Part shown: positions 40,426 to 49,053 of the stretch, piece by piece | Numbering within the stretch: the stretch's first letter is position 1 | Layout of the letters: each line of letters begins with the position of its first letter | Origin: Chamaesiphon sp. | GTDB lineage: Bacteria > Cyanobacteriota > Cyanobacteriia > Cyanobacteriales > Chamaesiphonaceae | NCBI GenBank assembly: GCA_965246715.1 | Contig: CBDFFH010000005.1 | Coordinates: forward strand, 288,001 to 352,000 | Length of the DNA stretch: 64,000 nt | Direction: 5' to 3' | Program-made: the position numbers and the translations under genes | The notes under the pieces: generated by a model | Database searches by the model: none | What the model was told of the DNA's origin: nothing | Seen by the model: the letters and a program-made list of their open reading frames with translations, nothing else

Positions 40426-42528
40426 GTGCTGGATCGATTGTTAGTAAAATTGATGACGAGCGCGATTGAAGATGCTGGCGTACAAAGAGGTTGTCTATTA
40501 TTAGATGTCGATCGTCGATTAGAAATAGTCGCCACGATCGAGTCGCAGACCATCTCAATTTTACCTGCGATTACCTTTGATAGTGAAGTTGGTAGAGGTT
40601 TAGTTTCATTAGCAATCGTCAATTATGTAGCGAATACTCAGGAAAACATTATCATCGATTGCACACACCAAGACAGTTTATTTAACCAGGATACTTATAT
40701 TCTCGATCGGCAACCGCAGTCAATTCTATGTGTACCATTAATTACTAAAGGTCAACGCGTTGGCATTCTCTATTTAGAAAACTTTTCGACTGCTACCTTT
40801 ACGACCCAACGGTTAGAAATTCTCCAATTTCTCTTCACCCAAGCAGCGATTTCCCTCGACGGTACTCAAATCCACCACCAGCTAGAGTTGGATGCGGGCG
40901 AAAGCAACAGCAACAGCCAACTAACCCAGGCAAACGACAGGCTTCAGGCCGAAATCTTAGAACGTCAAAAATCCGAGCAAATCCTCAGATCGATCGTTGC
41001 AGGAACAGTCTCAGTTACAGGTGTGGACTTCTTTCGTTCGCTCGTCCGTTCGCTAGCACAAGCTTTAGGCGTTCGCTACGCCTTCATCAGCGAATGTATG
41101 GATGCGCCGCCTACCCGTGGTCGTAGCTTTGCCTTTTGGCAGGGCAATGAATTTGGGGAGGAGTTTGAATATACTTTCCACGGTACGCCCTGCGAGCGGA
41201 TTATTGAGAGTAAAAGCTATCAATGTTTTCCCGCCCAGATCCAAGCTCTATTCCCTGAAGAAAAAGATGAACTTGAGGCGATGGCAGCCCAAAGTTATGC
41301 CGGAATCCCGTTGCTAACTTCGACGGGCGAGCTGTTGGGACACTTAGCAGTACTCGATGACCAGCCGATGGCATCTGATGATGCACCGCACCAGACGCTC
41401 CGCGAACGCGATCGGGCGATTCTGGAAATCTTTGCGGCGCGGGCGGCGGCGGAGATGGAACGCTTACAGGTAGAAGACGAGCTGCGAGTTTCGGAAACCA
41501 AGTTTGCGACTGCTTTTCGGGCTTCACCAGATGCGATCGCCATTAGCAATCTCCATGATGGTACTTACATCGAAATCAACGATCGCTGCTTGCAGATGTT
41601 GGGCTATTCTCGTGCTGAGACGATCGGGCATAGCGATCTGGATTTGGCGATTTGGGCACATCCAGCCGAGCGGATGGCGATCGCCAAACAGTTACAAGAG
41701 CGGGGAACAGTCAGCAATCTAGAGGTGTGGTTGCGCCGCAAGTCGGGTGAAATTTTCCCCGCACTGTTGTCGGCTGAAGCCATCGACTTAGAGGGTGAGT
41801 CCTGCTTGTTGGCAGTGGCTTCGGACATTACACTGCTCAAGCAAGCCGAAAAAGCGGTGCTCAGACTGGCCGAAATTGGCGAACTAGCAGCCACGATCGT
41901 TCATGAGGTACGAAATCCCTTAACTACAATTTTGATGGGCTTAAATGCCTTTAAAAAGCTGGAACTTTCCGAACGGTTTCAAGAATATCTCACCTTGTCT
42001 CTAGACGAAGCCAATCGATTACAACGGCTGCTGAATCAGATTTTACTTTACGCCAAACCGCAAACACTCGATCGATCTGAGCTAGAGCTAAATAGCTTCA
42101 TTACCGAGATGTTAAATACCTTGCAAACCGCCCCTGTTGCGATTGGCAAACCGCTCAATTTTATCGCGATGCGATCGCCTGTAACTGTATCAGTCGATCG
42201 CGATAAATTGAAGCAGGTTTTAATCAATTTAGTCACTAATGCTTGCGAAGCAGTAAGTATCGGCGATCCGATTAGCATTCATATTAGGGAAAGTGGAGCT
42301 AGTCGAATTTGCATTCAAATTCATAATGGTGGTGTGCCGATTCCTACCGATCTTTTGCCACACCTTACTAAGCCATTTTTTACTACTAAAGCCAGTGGCA
42401 CGGGATTGGGTTTGGCGATCGTCAAACGGATTGTCGAAGCTCACGAGGGGGAGTTGGGGATTGAGTCGGGAGAGGGGATTGGCTCGATCGTCAAAGTGCA
42501 TCTGCCGTTGGTGGCATATAATTATTAG
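40426..42528 (+). CDS. GAF-GAF-PAS histidine kinase (possibly 5'-truncated)
   Basis: SILCVPL GAF, second GAF, PAS, HEVRNPL, GTGLGLAI. Confidence 0.85.
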   Translation: MLDRLLVKLMTSAIEDAGVQRGCLLLDVDRRLEIVATIESQTISILPAITFDSEVGRGLVSLAIVNYVANTQENIIIDCTHQDSLFNQDTYILDRQPQSILCVPLITKGQRVGILYLENFSTATFTTQRLEILQFLFTQAAISLDGTQIHHQLELDAGESNSNSQLTQANDRLQAEILERQKSEQILRSIVAGTVSVTGVDFFRSLVRSLAQALGVRYAFISECMDAPPTRGRSFAFWQGNEFGEEFEYTFHGTPCERIIESKSYQCFPAQIQALFPEEKDELEAMAAQSYAGIPLLTSTGELLGHLAVLDDQPMASDDAPHQTLRERDRAILEIFAARAAAEMERLQVEDELRVSETKFATAFRASPDAIAISNLHDGTYIEINDRCLQMLGYSRAETIGHSDLDLAIWAHPAERMAIAKQLQERGTVSNLEVWLRRKSGEIFPALLSAEAIDLEGESCLLAVASDITLLKQAEKAVLRLAEIGELAATIVHEVRNPLTTILMGLNAFKKLELSERFQEYLTLSLDEANRLQRLLNQILLYAKPQTLDRSELELNSFITEMLNTLQTAPVAIGKPLNFIAMRSPVTVSVDRDKLKQVLINLVTNACEAVSIGDPISIHIRESGASRICIQIHNGGVPIPTDLLPHLTKPFFTTKASGTGLGLAIVKRIVEAHEGELGIESGEGIGSIVKVHLPLVAYNY
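41383..41406 (-). mobile_element. 24-nt small dispersed repeat, in frame (APHQTLRE)
   Basis: Minus strand GCG[TTCGCGGAGCGTCTGGTGCGGTGC]ATC. Confidence 0.82.
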
Positions 42529-42557
42529 CTAACGATTGGCATAGGACCACCTTGTCG

Positions 42558-42579
42558 TTGGCGTAGCCTACCGTAGGTA
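42558..42579 (+). mobile_element. 22-nt small dispersed repeat
   Basis: TCG[TTGGCGTAGCCTACCGTAGGTA]ATCGA. Confidence 0.8.
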
Positions 42580-42640
42580 ATCGATTCCAAATACATAGCC
42601 CGATCGCTCTTATACTCCATCGGCTCGTTGAGTTTAACCT

Positions 42641-43282
42641 ATGAAATTGATTTCCGTCTGTGTCGGATTGCCACGCGAAGTAACCTGGAAAGGAAAGCCT
42701 GTCACTACTGGTATTTTTAAGCAGCCAACGAACGGACGGGTGATGATGCGATCGCTCAATCTCGATGGCGATCGACAGGCAGATTTAACCGTTCACGGCG
42801 GTGTCGAGAAAGCCGTTTACGCTTATCCAATGGAGCATTATGCTTACTGGCGGCAAGAGCTACCGGATGAAGAGTTTCCCTGGGGCGCGTTTGGCGAAAA
42901 CCTGACGATCGAGGGCTTGTCAGAAACGAGCGTAAATATTGGCGATCGCTTTCGGATCGGCACTGCCGAACTAATGGTGACACAGCCCCGGTTCCCTTGC
43001 TTCAAACTCAATCTCAAGTTCGGGCGCGATGATATGGTCAAACGGTTTCTGAACAGTCGTTTGAGCGGTATTTACTTTTCAGTGGTACGAGAAGGTGAGG
43101 TTGGGGTGGGCGATGCGATCGAACTGGTGAGCCGCGATGAAAACAATATTACTGTTGCTGACATCGTTAAAATTTATGTGCGGGAGGCTAATGATGATTT
43201 GGTGCGCCGTGCGATTCAGGTGACAGCTTTGGCGGAAAGTTTGAAGACGTACTTCCAGCAGCAAATCGAACAACGCCATTAA
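42641..43282 (+). CDS. MOSC domain protein (YiiM-like)
   Basis: TGIFK, HGG.EKA, FGENL, QPRFPCFK. Confidence 0.93.
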   Translation: MKLISVCVGLPREVTWKGKPVTTGIFKQPTNGRVMMRSLNLDGDRQADLTVHGGVEKAVYAYPMEHYAYWRQELPDEEFPWGAFGENLTIEGLSETSVNIGDRFRIGTAELMVTQPRFPCFKLNLKFGRDDMVKRFLNSRLSGIYFSVVREGEVGVGDAIELVSRDENNITVADIVKIYVREANDDLVRRAIQVTALAESLKTYFQQQIEQRH

Positions 43283-43310
43283 GCTATTGGTGACTAAAGC
43301 AAGCAAAATA

Positions 43311-43438
43311 GGTTTGGGTTTAGCGTTGGCGGAGCCTACCGGAGGTAATCGTCAAACGGATTGTCGAAGCTCACGATGGGGAGTTGCGGATTGAGTCGGG
43401 TGAGGCGATTGGCTCGATCGTCACAGTTCAACTGCCGC
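43311..43438 (+). repeat. Duplicated 3' end of the kinase gene (copy of ~42403-42508) with a 22-nt element at 43326-43347
   Basis: Shared ATCGTCAAACGGATTGTCGAAGCTCACGA...GGCTCGATCGTCA; GCG[TTGGCGGAGCCTACCGGAGGTA]ATCG. Confidence 0.9.
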
Positions 43439-44019
43439 TATGATACTAATAAAGCTTTGATATGCCGCCGCACGAGGTATTGTTGCTGCTTTGGATCGAA
43501 TTGCTCAGGGTAAATGACAACTCCAGTGCCGATACCATCGACAAGGGCGATGAGTCCATTGGCTTCGAGAGTTAAATTGAGATCGGCTCTAATCAGCTTG
43601 GCTGCTTGTAAACTAGCTAATTCTTGACAAATAATCTGCCGTAATACGTCATAGCGTTTTCGGTGTTCCCGAACTAGTCGTTCGCGCCCGATCGAATAGC
43701 CCAAAAATGCCAACCAAACTTTCCACTCGTCTCGATCGATGTTCTCTAGTGGTAGAGCGACAAAAAGCATCTGCTCTAATCTTTCAATTCCCTGCTGTCC
43801 ATTGGTGCAGGCTTTCATTTGCGCTGCAACGTTTTCAAACACTTGTTCTAGCGCAAACAGAGTGAGTTCTTCTTTATCTCGAAAGTAGTGAGTGACAACT
43901 CCAGTCGAGGAGCCAAGTTCTTGCGCGATCGCCCGCATACTAGTGCGATCCAATCCTTCCCTGACAATCACCCGCCATGCCGCTTGAGCGACCTCAATCC
44001 GGCGATCGTCATAACTCAT
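43438..44019 (-). CDS. TetR family regulator (BetI-like C-terminus)
   Basis: SMRAIAQELGSSTGVVTHYFRDKEEL. Confidence 0.92.
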   Translation of the reverse strand: MSYDDRRIEVAQAAWRVIVREGLDRTSMRAIAQELGSSTGVVTHYFRDKEELTLFALEQVFENVAAQMKACTNGQQGIERLEQMLFVALPLENIDRDEWKVWLAFLGYSIGRERLVREHRKRYDVLRQIICQELASLQAAKLIRADLNLTLEANGLIALVDGIGTGVVIYPEQFDPKQQQYLVRRHIKALLVS

Positions 44020-44056
44020 GGCTTTCCTTGGTTTGCTTTAGCATGAAACAATTACC

Positions 44057-44112
44057 TTGACATTTTATCATAACAGTTGTTATGATGTCTGAAAAACATA
44101 ACAACTGTTGTG
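44057..44112. promoter_or_regulatory. TTGACA plus two TetR operators CATAACA-NN-TGTT(A/G)TG
   Basis: ATCATAACAGTTGTTATGAT 44067-44086; CATAACAACTGTTGTG 44097-44112. Confidence 0.78.
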
Positions 44113-44130
44113 ATAAGAACGGGATTTAAT

Positions 44131-44607
44131 ATGATTAGATTAACCACGCTAGATGACACAACTGCGTCGATAGCTTTAGCCGCAGCGAGTGGTTTGTTCG
44201 AGCCAAGCCAAACAGACGATCTCGCTCAAATGCTCGCTCGACACTTCAGCGATAAAAATGAAACCCAAGACATCTGGTTGACCGATTACGACAATGAGCC
44301 AGTAGGGATAGCATACATCGCGCCAGAACGAATGACAGAGGGGACATGGAACTTGTATCTAATCGCTGTCCATCCTAATTATCAGAAAAAAGGGCGCGGA
44401 AAGGCTTTGCTTCGGCACGTCGAGCAGATGCTGGCGGAACGCGGGGAACGTATATTACTAGTAGAAACATCTGGAACAGAGGACTTTGAGTACGTTCGGG
44501 ACTTCTACCGCAAGAGTGGTTATGAGGAAGAAGCACGAATCCGTGAATTCTACGCTGCTGGAGTTGACAAGATCGTTTTTCGCAAAGCCCTAATCTCGGC
44601 AGTCTAG
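44131..44607 (+). CDS. GNAT N-acetyltransferase
   Basis: IAVHPNYQKKGRGKALL; FYRKSGY. Confidence 0.92.
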   Translation: MIRLTTLDDTTASIALAAASGLFEPSQTDDLAQMLARHFSDKNETQDIWLTDYDNEPVGIAYIAPERMTEGTWNLYLIAVHPNYQKKGRGKALLRHVEQMLAERGERILLVETSGTEDFEYVRDFYRKSGYEEEARIREFYAAGVDKIVFRKALISAV

Positions 44608-44692
44608 TACGGTGGGTATTATTTTAGTCTCCATCCAATCGCTCCTACTGCCAATTCCTGCCACGATCGCAATTATCACATTTACCAACATA

Positions 44693-45367
44693 CTACTCCC
44701 GCAATGAATAACCGACCCCCCGTGCAGTATGAATCAATCGCTTTTCATTATCCTGTTCTAACTTTAATCGCAGATAGCGAACGTAGACCTCAATAATATT
44801 TGAGTCTCCCAGAAAGTCATACCCCCAAATATTTTCGAGAATTTGGTCTCTGGTAAATACCTGACGCGGATGAGTCATTAAGTATTGCAGAAGATCGAAT
44901 TCTTTAGCGGTTAAGTCGATCGATCTTTGCCCCCGATGGACTTCACGAGTGCGGCGATTTAAGATTAAATCTTCAAACTGCAATAGATCGACATCCGTTT
45001 CCTGCGTGCGCCGCAAATGAGCGCGAATTCTAGCTAATAGCTCCTCAATACTAAACGGTTTAACCAAATAATCATCGGCTCCCGCATCTAAACCTGTCAC
45101 GCGATCGCCGACTTCATCTCTAGCAGTTAGCAAAATCACCGGAATCTTAATTCCAGTAGATCGCATCCTCCGACAGAGTTCGACACCAGTTAAACCGGGC
45201 AACATCCAATCCAAAATCGCTAAATCTGGCTCCGATTCACGTACCAAAGATAGTCCAGTCATGCCGTCGTGTGCCACGCTGACGCGATAGCCTTCACTCC
45301 CCAATTCCAGTTCGATAAAGCGGGCGAGTTTGACTTCATCTTCAACTAATAGGATATGTGCCATCAT
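44693..45367 (-). CDS. OmpR/PhoB family response regulator
   Basis: LLVEDE, LDWMLP, GADDYLVKPF, winged helix with HTARGVGY. Confidence 0.95.
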   Translation of the reverse strand: MMAHILLVEDEVKLARFIELELGSEGYRVSVAHDGMTGLSLVRESEPDLAILDWMLPGLTGVELCRRMRSTGIKIPVILLTARDEVGDRVTGLDAGADDYLVKPFSIEELLARIRAHLRRTQETDVDLLQFEDLILNRRTREVHRGQRSIDLTAKEFDLLQYLMTHPRQVFTRDQILENIWGYDFLGDSNIIEVYVRYLRLKLEQDNEKRLIHTARGVGYSLRE

Positions 45368-45421
45368 CTGTGTTTCCTTCATCTCGCGTGTGCCCATCAC
45401 TCATTATCTGTGGTCGGACGG

Positions 45422-46156
45422 TTATTTAGGCATGTTTAGAGCTGGAGCTGACTGCACGGTACAAAGCTTTTTGTCGCACTGCTGCTCGTAGAGCTTTTCC
45501 ACGTAGGGTTTTTGCCAAGCCAGAGGAACTTCGAGTAACGCCTGGGTGCCAGTAAAAGCTTGCCCGATAAACAGTAGCAACGCCAACGAATTTAAACTAA
45601 TGTGAATATTCCGCCAGCGATTGGTGCGATCCTGATAAATTTCTCTGACGATCGCCAGGGAAAAAATCATTAAGATCGCCGCAGTAATCCCATAATAGTA
45701 ATGGGAAATATACCACTGTTCTGTTTTGCGATAAACACCATCCTGACTGCCGATAACGATGAGCGCAACGCTGGTAAGGATGGCAAATACTACCCGCCAC
45801 AGTCTAGTTTTAGCACGATAAAGTAATACTAGCGACCCGATCGCTGCTGCAAATACAAAACTAATTAAGATGACCTGAAATGGATTGTGTGCCCATAATT
45901 TCTTATCGACAATATTACCAAATACATCATTGGCAAATGCTAATAAAACGATACCCACTACCGCACCTGTCAACCACCGACCTAATTGAGCATGTTCTGG
46001 CCCCGCGCTGGGTGGAATGGCACTTTTCTTGCCTGTGGACACTTGTAACCGCCGCTGACGAGTTTGGAGCGCACGATTCATCACCATGCCAAGTAACGGA
46101 AATACTACAGTGATAGCAATGAGTGGATGTAACAATAAGATCGTATCTCTATTCAT
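45422..46156 (-). CDS. His-containing membrane protein (DUF4079-like)
   Basis: LLHP, EHAQLG, SHYY, NIH in TM helices. Confidence 0.7.
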   Translation of the reverse strand: MNRDTILLLHPLIAITVVFPLLGMVMNRALQTRQRRLQVSTGKKSAIPPSAGPEHAQLGRWLTGAVVGIVLLAFANDVFGNIVDKKLWAHNPFQVILISFVFAAAIGSLVLLYRAKTRLWRVVFAILTSVALIVIGSQDGVYRKTEQWYISHYYYGITAAILMIFSLAIVREIYQDRTNRWRNIHISLNSLALLLFIGQAFTGTQALLEVPLAWQKPYVEKLYEQQCDKKLCTVQSAPALNMPK

Positions 46157-46418
46157 GAAAACCTCCCGATCTTGCTTAATATTTAGGGGTAAATAATTCT
46201 TGTAAGTCGATCTAAAATAAGCACAACCCAACCCAAAAAATTTATGTTGTTTAATAATTCCTATGTTTAATACCGATCGACGACAGTAGGCTCTACCAAC
46301 ACCAATGCATCAAATTTAAGCAAAGTTAAAGGGGTCAAGAATCGAGATCTGTTCTTTCGCCTCGATCCCCTCAAACTAAAGCATTCATCCTCAGAACGGC
46401 ACCTAGCAAGTTAGAATA

Positions 46419-46784
46419 TTACTTAACTTCACTTGCTAAAAATGCAGTTATTCTACCTTTTTTGACCGCAACTACCACATCGTAAGTAGCACAATAGGAG
46501 AAGGTGACATTATTGGCTTTGTTGTATAGATTGACGACCATACCTGCGCCACCAGGTTGAACTCCCAGCGGTTCGAGATCGCCATAGAAGAACCGACGTA
46601 GCTGGTCGCCACCACCGATCTGACCCTTGTTTTTAGTAATTAAACTGATTTTTTCTTGGACGGAGGGGCCTTCAGCCGCACTGGCAACTATCCCGATCGA
46701 GGGCGCGAATGTCCCAGGTGTAATATGACCGACAGTAACTAAGCCCAACATTGCAACACTTGTAACCAAAGAAGTTAATTTCAT
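46419..46784 (-). CDS. Hypothetical secreted protein
   Basis: N-terminal signal-like segment; 121 aa. Confidence 0.7.
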   Translation of the reverse strand: MKLTSLVTSVAMLGLVTVGHITPGTFAPSIGIVASAAEGPSVQEKISLITKNKGQIGGGDQLRRFFYGDLEPLGVQPGGAGMVVNLYNKANNVTFSYCATYDVVVAVKKGRITAFLASEVK

Positions 46785-46861
46785 AGAATTTCTGGTGAAT
46801 ATCGATAGAATGTTTTTCAGCAGAACCCAATTGGCTCACTGAATCAACTATCGCAGCTACC

Positions 46862-46944
46862 ACTGAAAGCACTCTGAACTTAGCCGATCGATTTCCTGAA
46901 TTTATGCTGAAATTCTCCTTAGTTAAATCTCAGCAATTTCTCAG
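46862..46944. promoter_or_regulatory. 11-bp-phased CTNAG box array
   Basis: actgaa 46862, tctgaa 46873, cctgaa 46895, gctgaa 46906, ccttag 46917, tctcag 46928, tctcag 46939. Confidence 0.75.
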
Positions 46945-47293
46945 ATGATGTCGCAATCGATCGATTTCGAGCCGGGCGATCGAAATTATTTTCAGCTCGA
47001 TCGAACTAGCCGAAGGTGGGATAGGTGGCTTCGATCGTTGGATTACGCCTATTCCAAGCGAACTAGACCGCATTTGAGGGCGACAATTACGGCTTGAGTG
47101 CGATCGACTATTAGACGACAGTGAGAATGCACCGTGTCGGCGTTGCCGAATCGCCATCATCGATTCGGCTCGAATACTCTTGCCTAGCAGAGCTTTTTAG
47201 TAATTTTTCATTCGATTCATTTACTGGGCAAGGGTTTTAAGACACCCTTTAAGATGCGAAAACCGAGTTCCAAACAGATCGAGGATTGGTCAC

Positions 47294-48286
47294 TCATTTC
47301 CCACCATTACCTGCCAACAAATTCTCCAGCATCCCAGAAGCACCCTTCTGTTCCTGCCGTCGATTATCATCATACAAATTCAAAGTATTCTGATTTCGAT
47401 GCCGACTCAACGCCTGCGCTGCCCGCAGATTACCTCCACTAGCATCTAAAAACGCCGTAATCGAACTATGCCGCAAACGATGAGGCGACACCCGCCGCTC
47501 GATCCCCGCAGCCTCAGCATAGCCCTGAACGATCCGATAAATACTATCCCCAGCAATCCTCGCCCCATAACAATTGTGGCTCAAAGAAACAATTAGTGGC
47601 TGTCCTGGCACATTACAGGGATGAAAATTCAGCCACTCCGCCACAGCATAACTCACACTATCGCTAAGATCGATCGCCACCTTCGCTCGTTTCCCCTTCC
47701 CCAAAATCGTCAACTTCTGCTGCTGAGGTAGAAAATCCTCAATATTCGCACTGGCAATTTCGCCCCGCCGGAGCGCATTGCCCCAGAATAATAGCATGAT
47801 TGCATAATCCCTCACCCCAATCGGCGTACTCGGATCGATTGCCGCCAACATCGATTTAAACTGTTCGACCGAAATTCCCCTAGTATCGCGATAAGTTTCA
47901 GCGGGAATGCTCTCGATATCGCCCAGATCGGTCGTGGTTTTACCCAGCTTCCGCGCCATATCGGTTAAGCTCTTAATCGCCGCCAGCCGGACATTAATCG
48001 TGCTGGGTGCCAGATTTTTATCGATCGAGTGACGACGATACCTTAATACCATCTCAATTGCCGCATATCGATCGAGATCTAGAAATTCCGAGATCGTTGC
48101 TGGGGTCGCAGAGCCACTATAAGCAAACTGACAGAAATTCTCGATCGCCTTAACGTACTGTTTCCTAGTACTATCGGTAATCTTCAACTGCCCAAACTCC
48201 GCCCAGAGATTATCTCGATCGACTGTGGTTAATTCGGCTGGGGACGGCTGGAGTTTGATAAGTTGGGGAGTAAGGTTATTTAGCAC
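47294..48286 (-). CDS. Tyrosine recombinase (XerC/D-like)
   Basis: ALRRGE, GKG, HRLRH, LSRH, Y; start uncertain. Confidence 0.92.
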   Translation of the reverse strand: MLNNLTPQLIKLQPSPAELTTVDRDNLWAEFGQLKITDSTRKQYVKAIENFCQFAYSGSATPATISEFLDLDRYAAIEMVLRYRRHSIDKNLAPSTINVRLAAIKSLTDMARKLGKTTTDLGDIESIPAETYRDTRGISVEQFKSMLAAIDPSTPIGVRDYAIMLLFWGNALRRGEIASANIEDFLPQQQKLTILGKGKRAKVAIDLSDSVSYAVAEWLNFHPCNVPGQPLIVSLSHNCYGARIAGDSIYRIVQGYAEAAGIERRVSPHRLRHSSITAFLDASGGNLRAAQALSRHRNQNTLNLYDDNRRQEQKGASGMLENLLAGNGGK

Positions 48287-48327
48287 GATCGATCTTCTTA
48301 TTTGACTAGGCTAAAATTTCCGAGCAT

Positions 48328-48729
48328 TTATTTGAGCAAGTAATTCTCAAGTTCTGAATATTGGGAAAATAAACCATCCACACTAGCTAACTTCGCCCCA
48401 GATTCTAAAGCTGTGGCAATAATCAATCGATCGAACGGATCTTTATGAACTGGAGATAACTCGACTGCACGAGCAGCAATATTTGCAGTCAGTGGAAACA
48501 ATTCAATTCCAACTGGATCGAGAGCTTGTTGAAACCATTCTTGTGGGGTAGTAGAAATCTTGATTCGGCCCTTTTGATGTGCCATCGCAATCTCATAACA
48601 GGATACCGGAGAGATGCCAACACGAGCGGCAGATTCGATCCGCTCTCGCCAGTGAGCCGGAAATTCTGCAAAATTAGCATTGATAAGCCAAAGCCAGATG
48701 TGCGTGTCGAGAATGATTATTTCAGACAT
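48328..48729 (-). CDS. vapC: PIN-domain VapC toxin
   Basis: ILDTHIWLW, SCYEI, HKDPFDRLIIATA. Confidence 0.92.
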   Translation of the reverse strand: MSEIIILDTHIWLWLINANFAEFPAHWRERIESAARVGISPVSCYEIAMAHQKGRIKISTTPQEWFQQALDPVGIELFPLTANIAARAVELSPVHKDPFDRLIIATALESGAKLASVDGLFSQYSELENYLLK

Positions 48730-48944
48730 TCCCAATCTTCCTCAGCCACAATTGGACTGACGATATCCCCTAAAATTTGAACCGTTCCTGCCAATTCAGT
48801 TGGAAATGTTCGGCGTTTGGTAGTAGGGAGTAACGTCTCTTCAAGCACTGTCACGACTACACGGGCAGAATGTACCAAAGATGGTCGATCTACTAGCCAC
48901 TTCATCTCACCATTTTCATAAATTGCTTCATAGCTTTTCAACAT
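48717..48944 (-). CDS. Antitoxin (VapB-like)
   Basis: YEAIYENG N-terminus; small gene overlapping vapC. Confidence 0.8.
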   Translation of the reverse strand: MLKSYEAIYENGEMKWLVDRPSLVHSARVVVTVLEETLLPTTKRRTFPTELAGTVQILGDIVSPIVAEEDWECLK

Positions 48945-48996
48945 AGCTTTATTTCCAGTGATACTCGATCTGATTTAAGAACAATTATACTAAGGA

Positions 48997-49053
48997 TTAG
49001 ATTAACATTTTCGCGATGTAATCTCGAAATTCTAGATGTTGATAAAGTCTCAT
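48997..49053 (-). pseudogene. 18-codon stub of a probable AbiEii toxin (MRLYQHLEFRDYI)
   Basis: ATGA overlap with the stop of the upstream antitoxin-like gene. Confidence 0.5.

Noticed and set aside
47294..48286. Tyrosine recombinase as the integron integrase
   Set aside because: No IntI-specific insertion recognised; 25 kb from the attC
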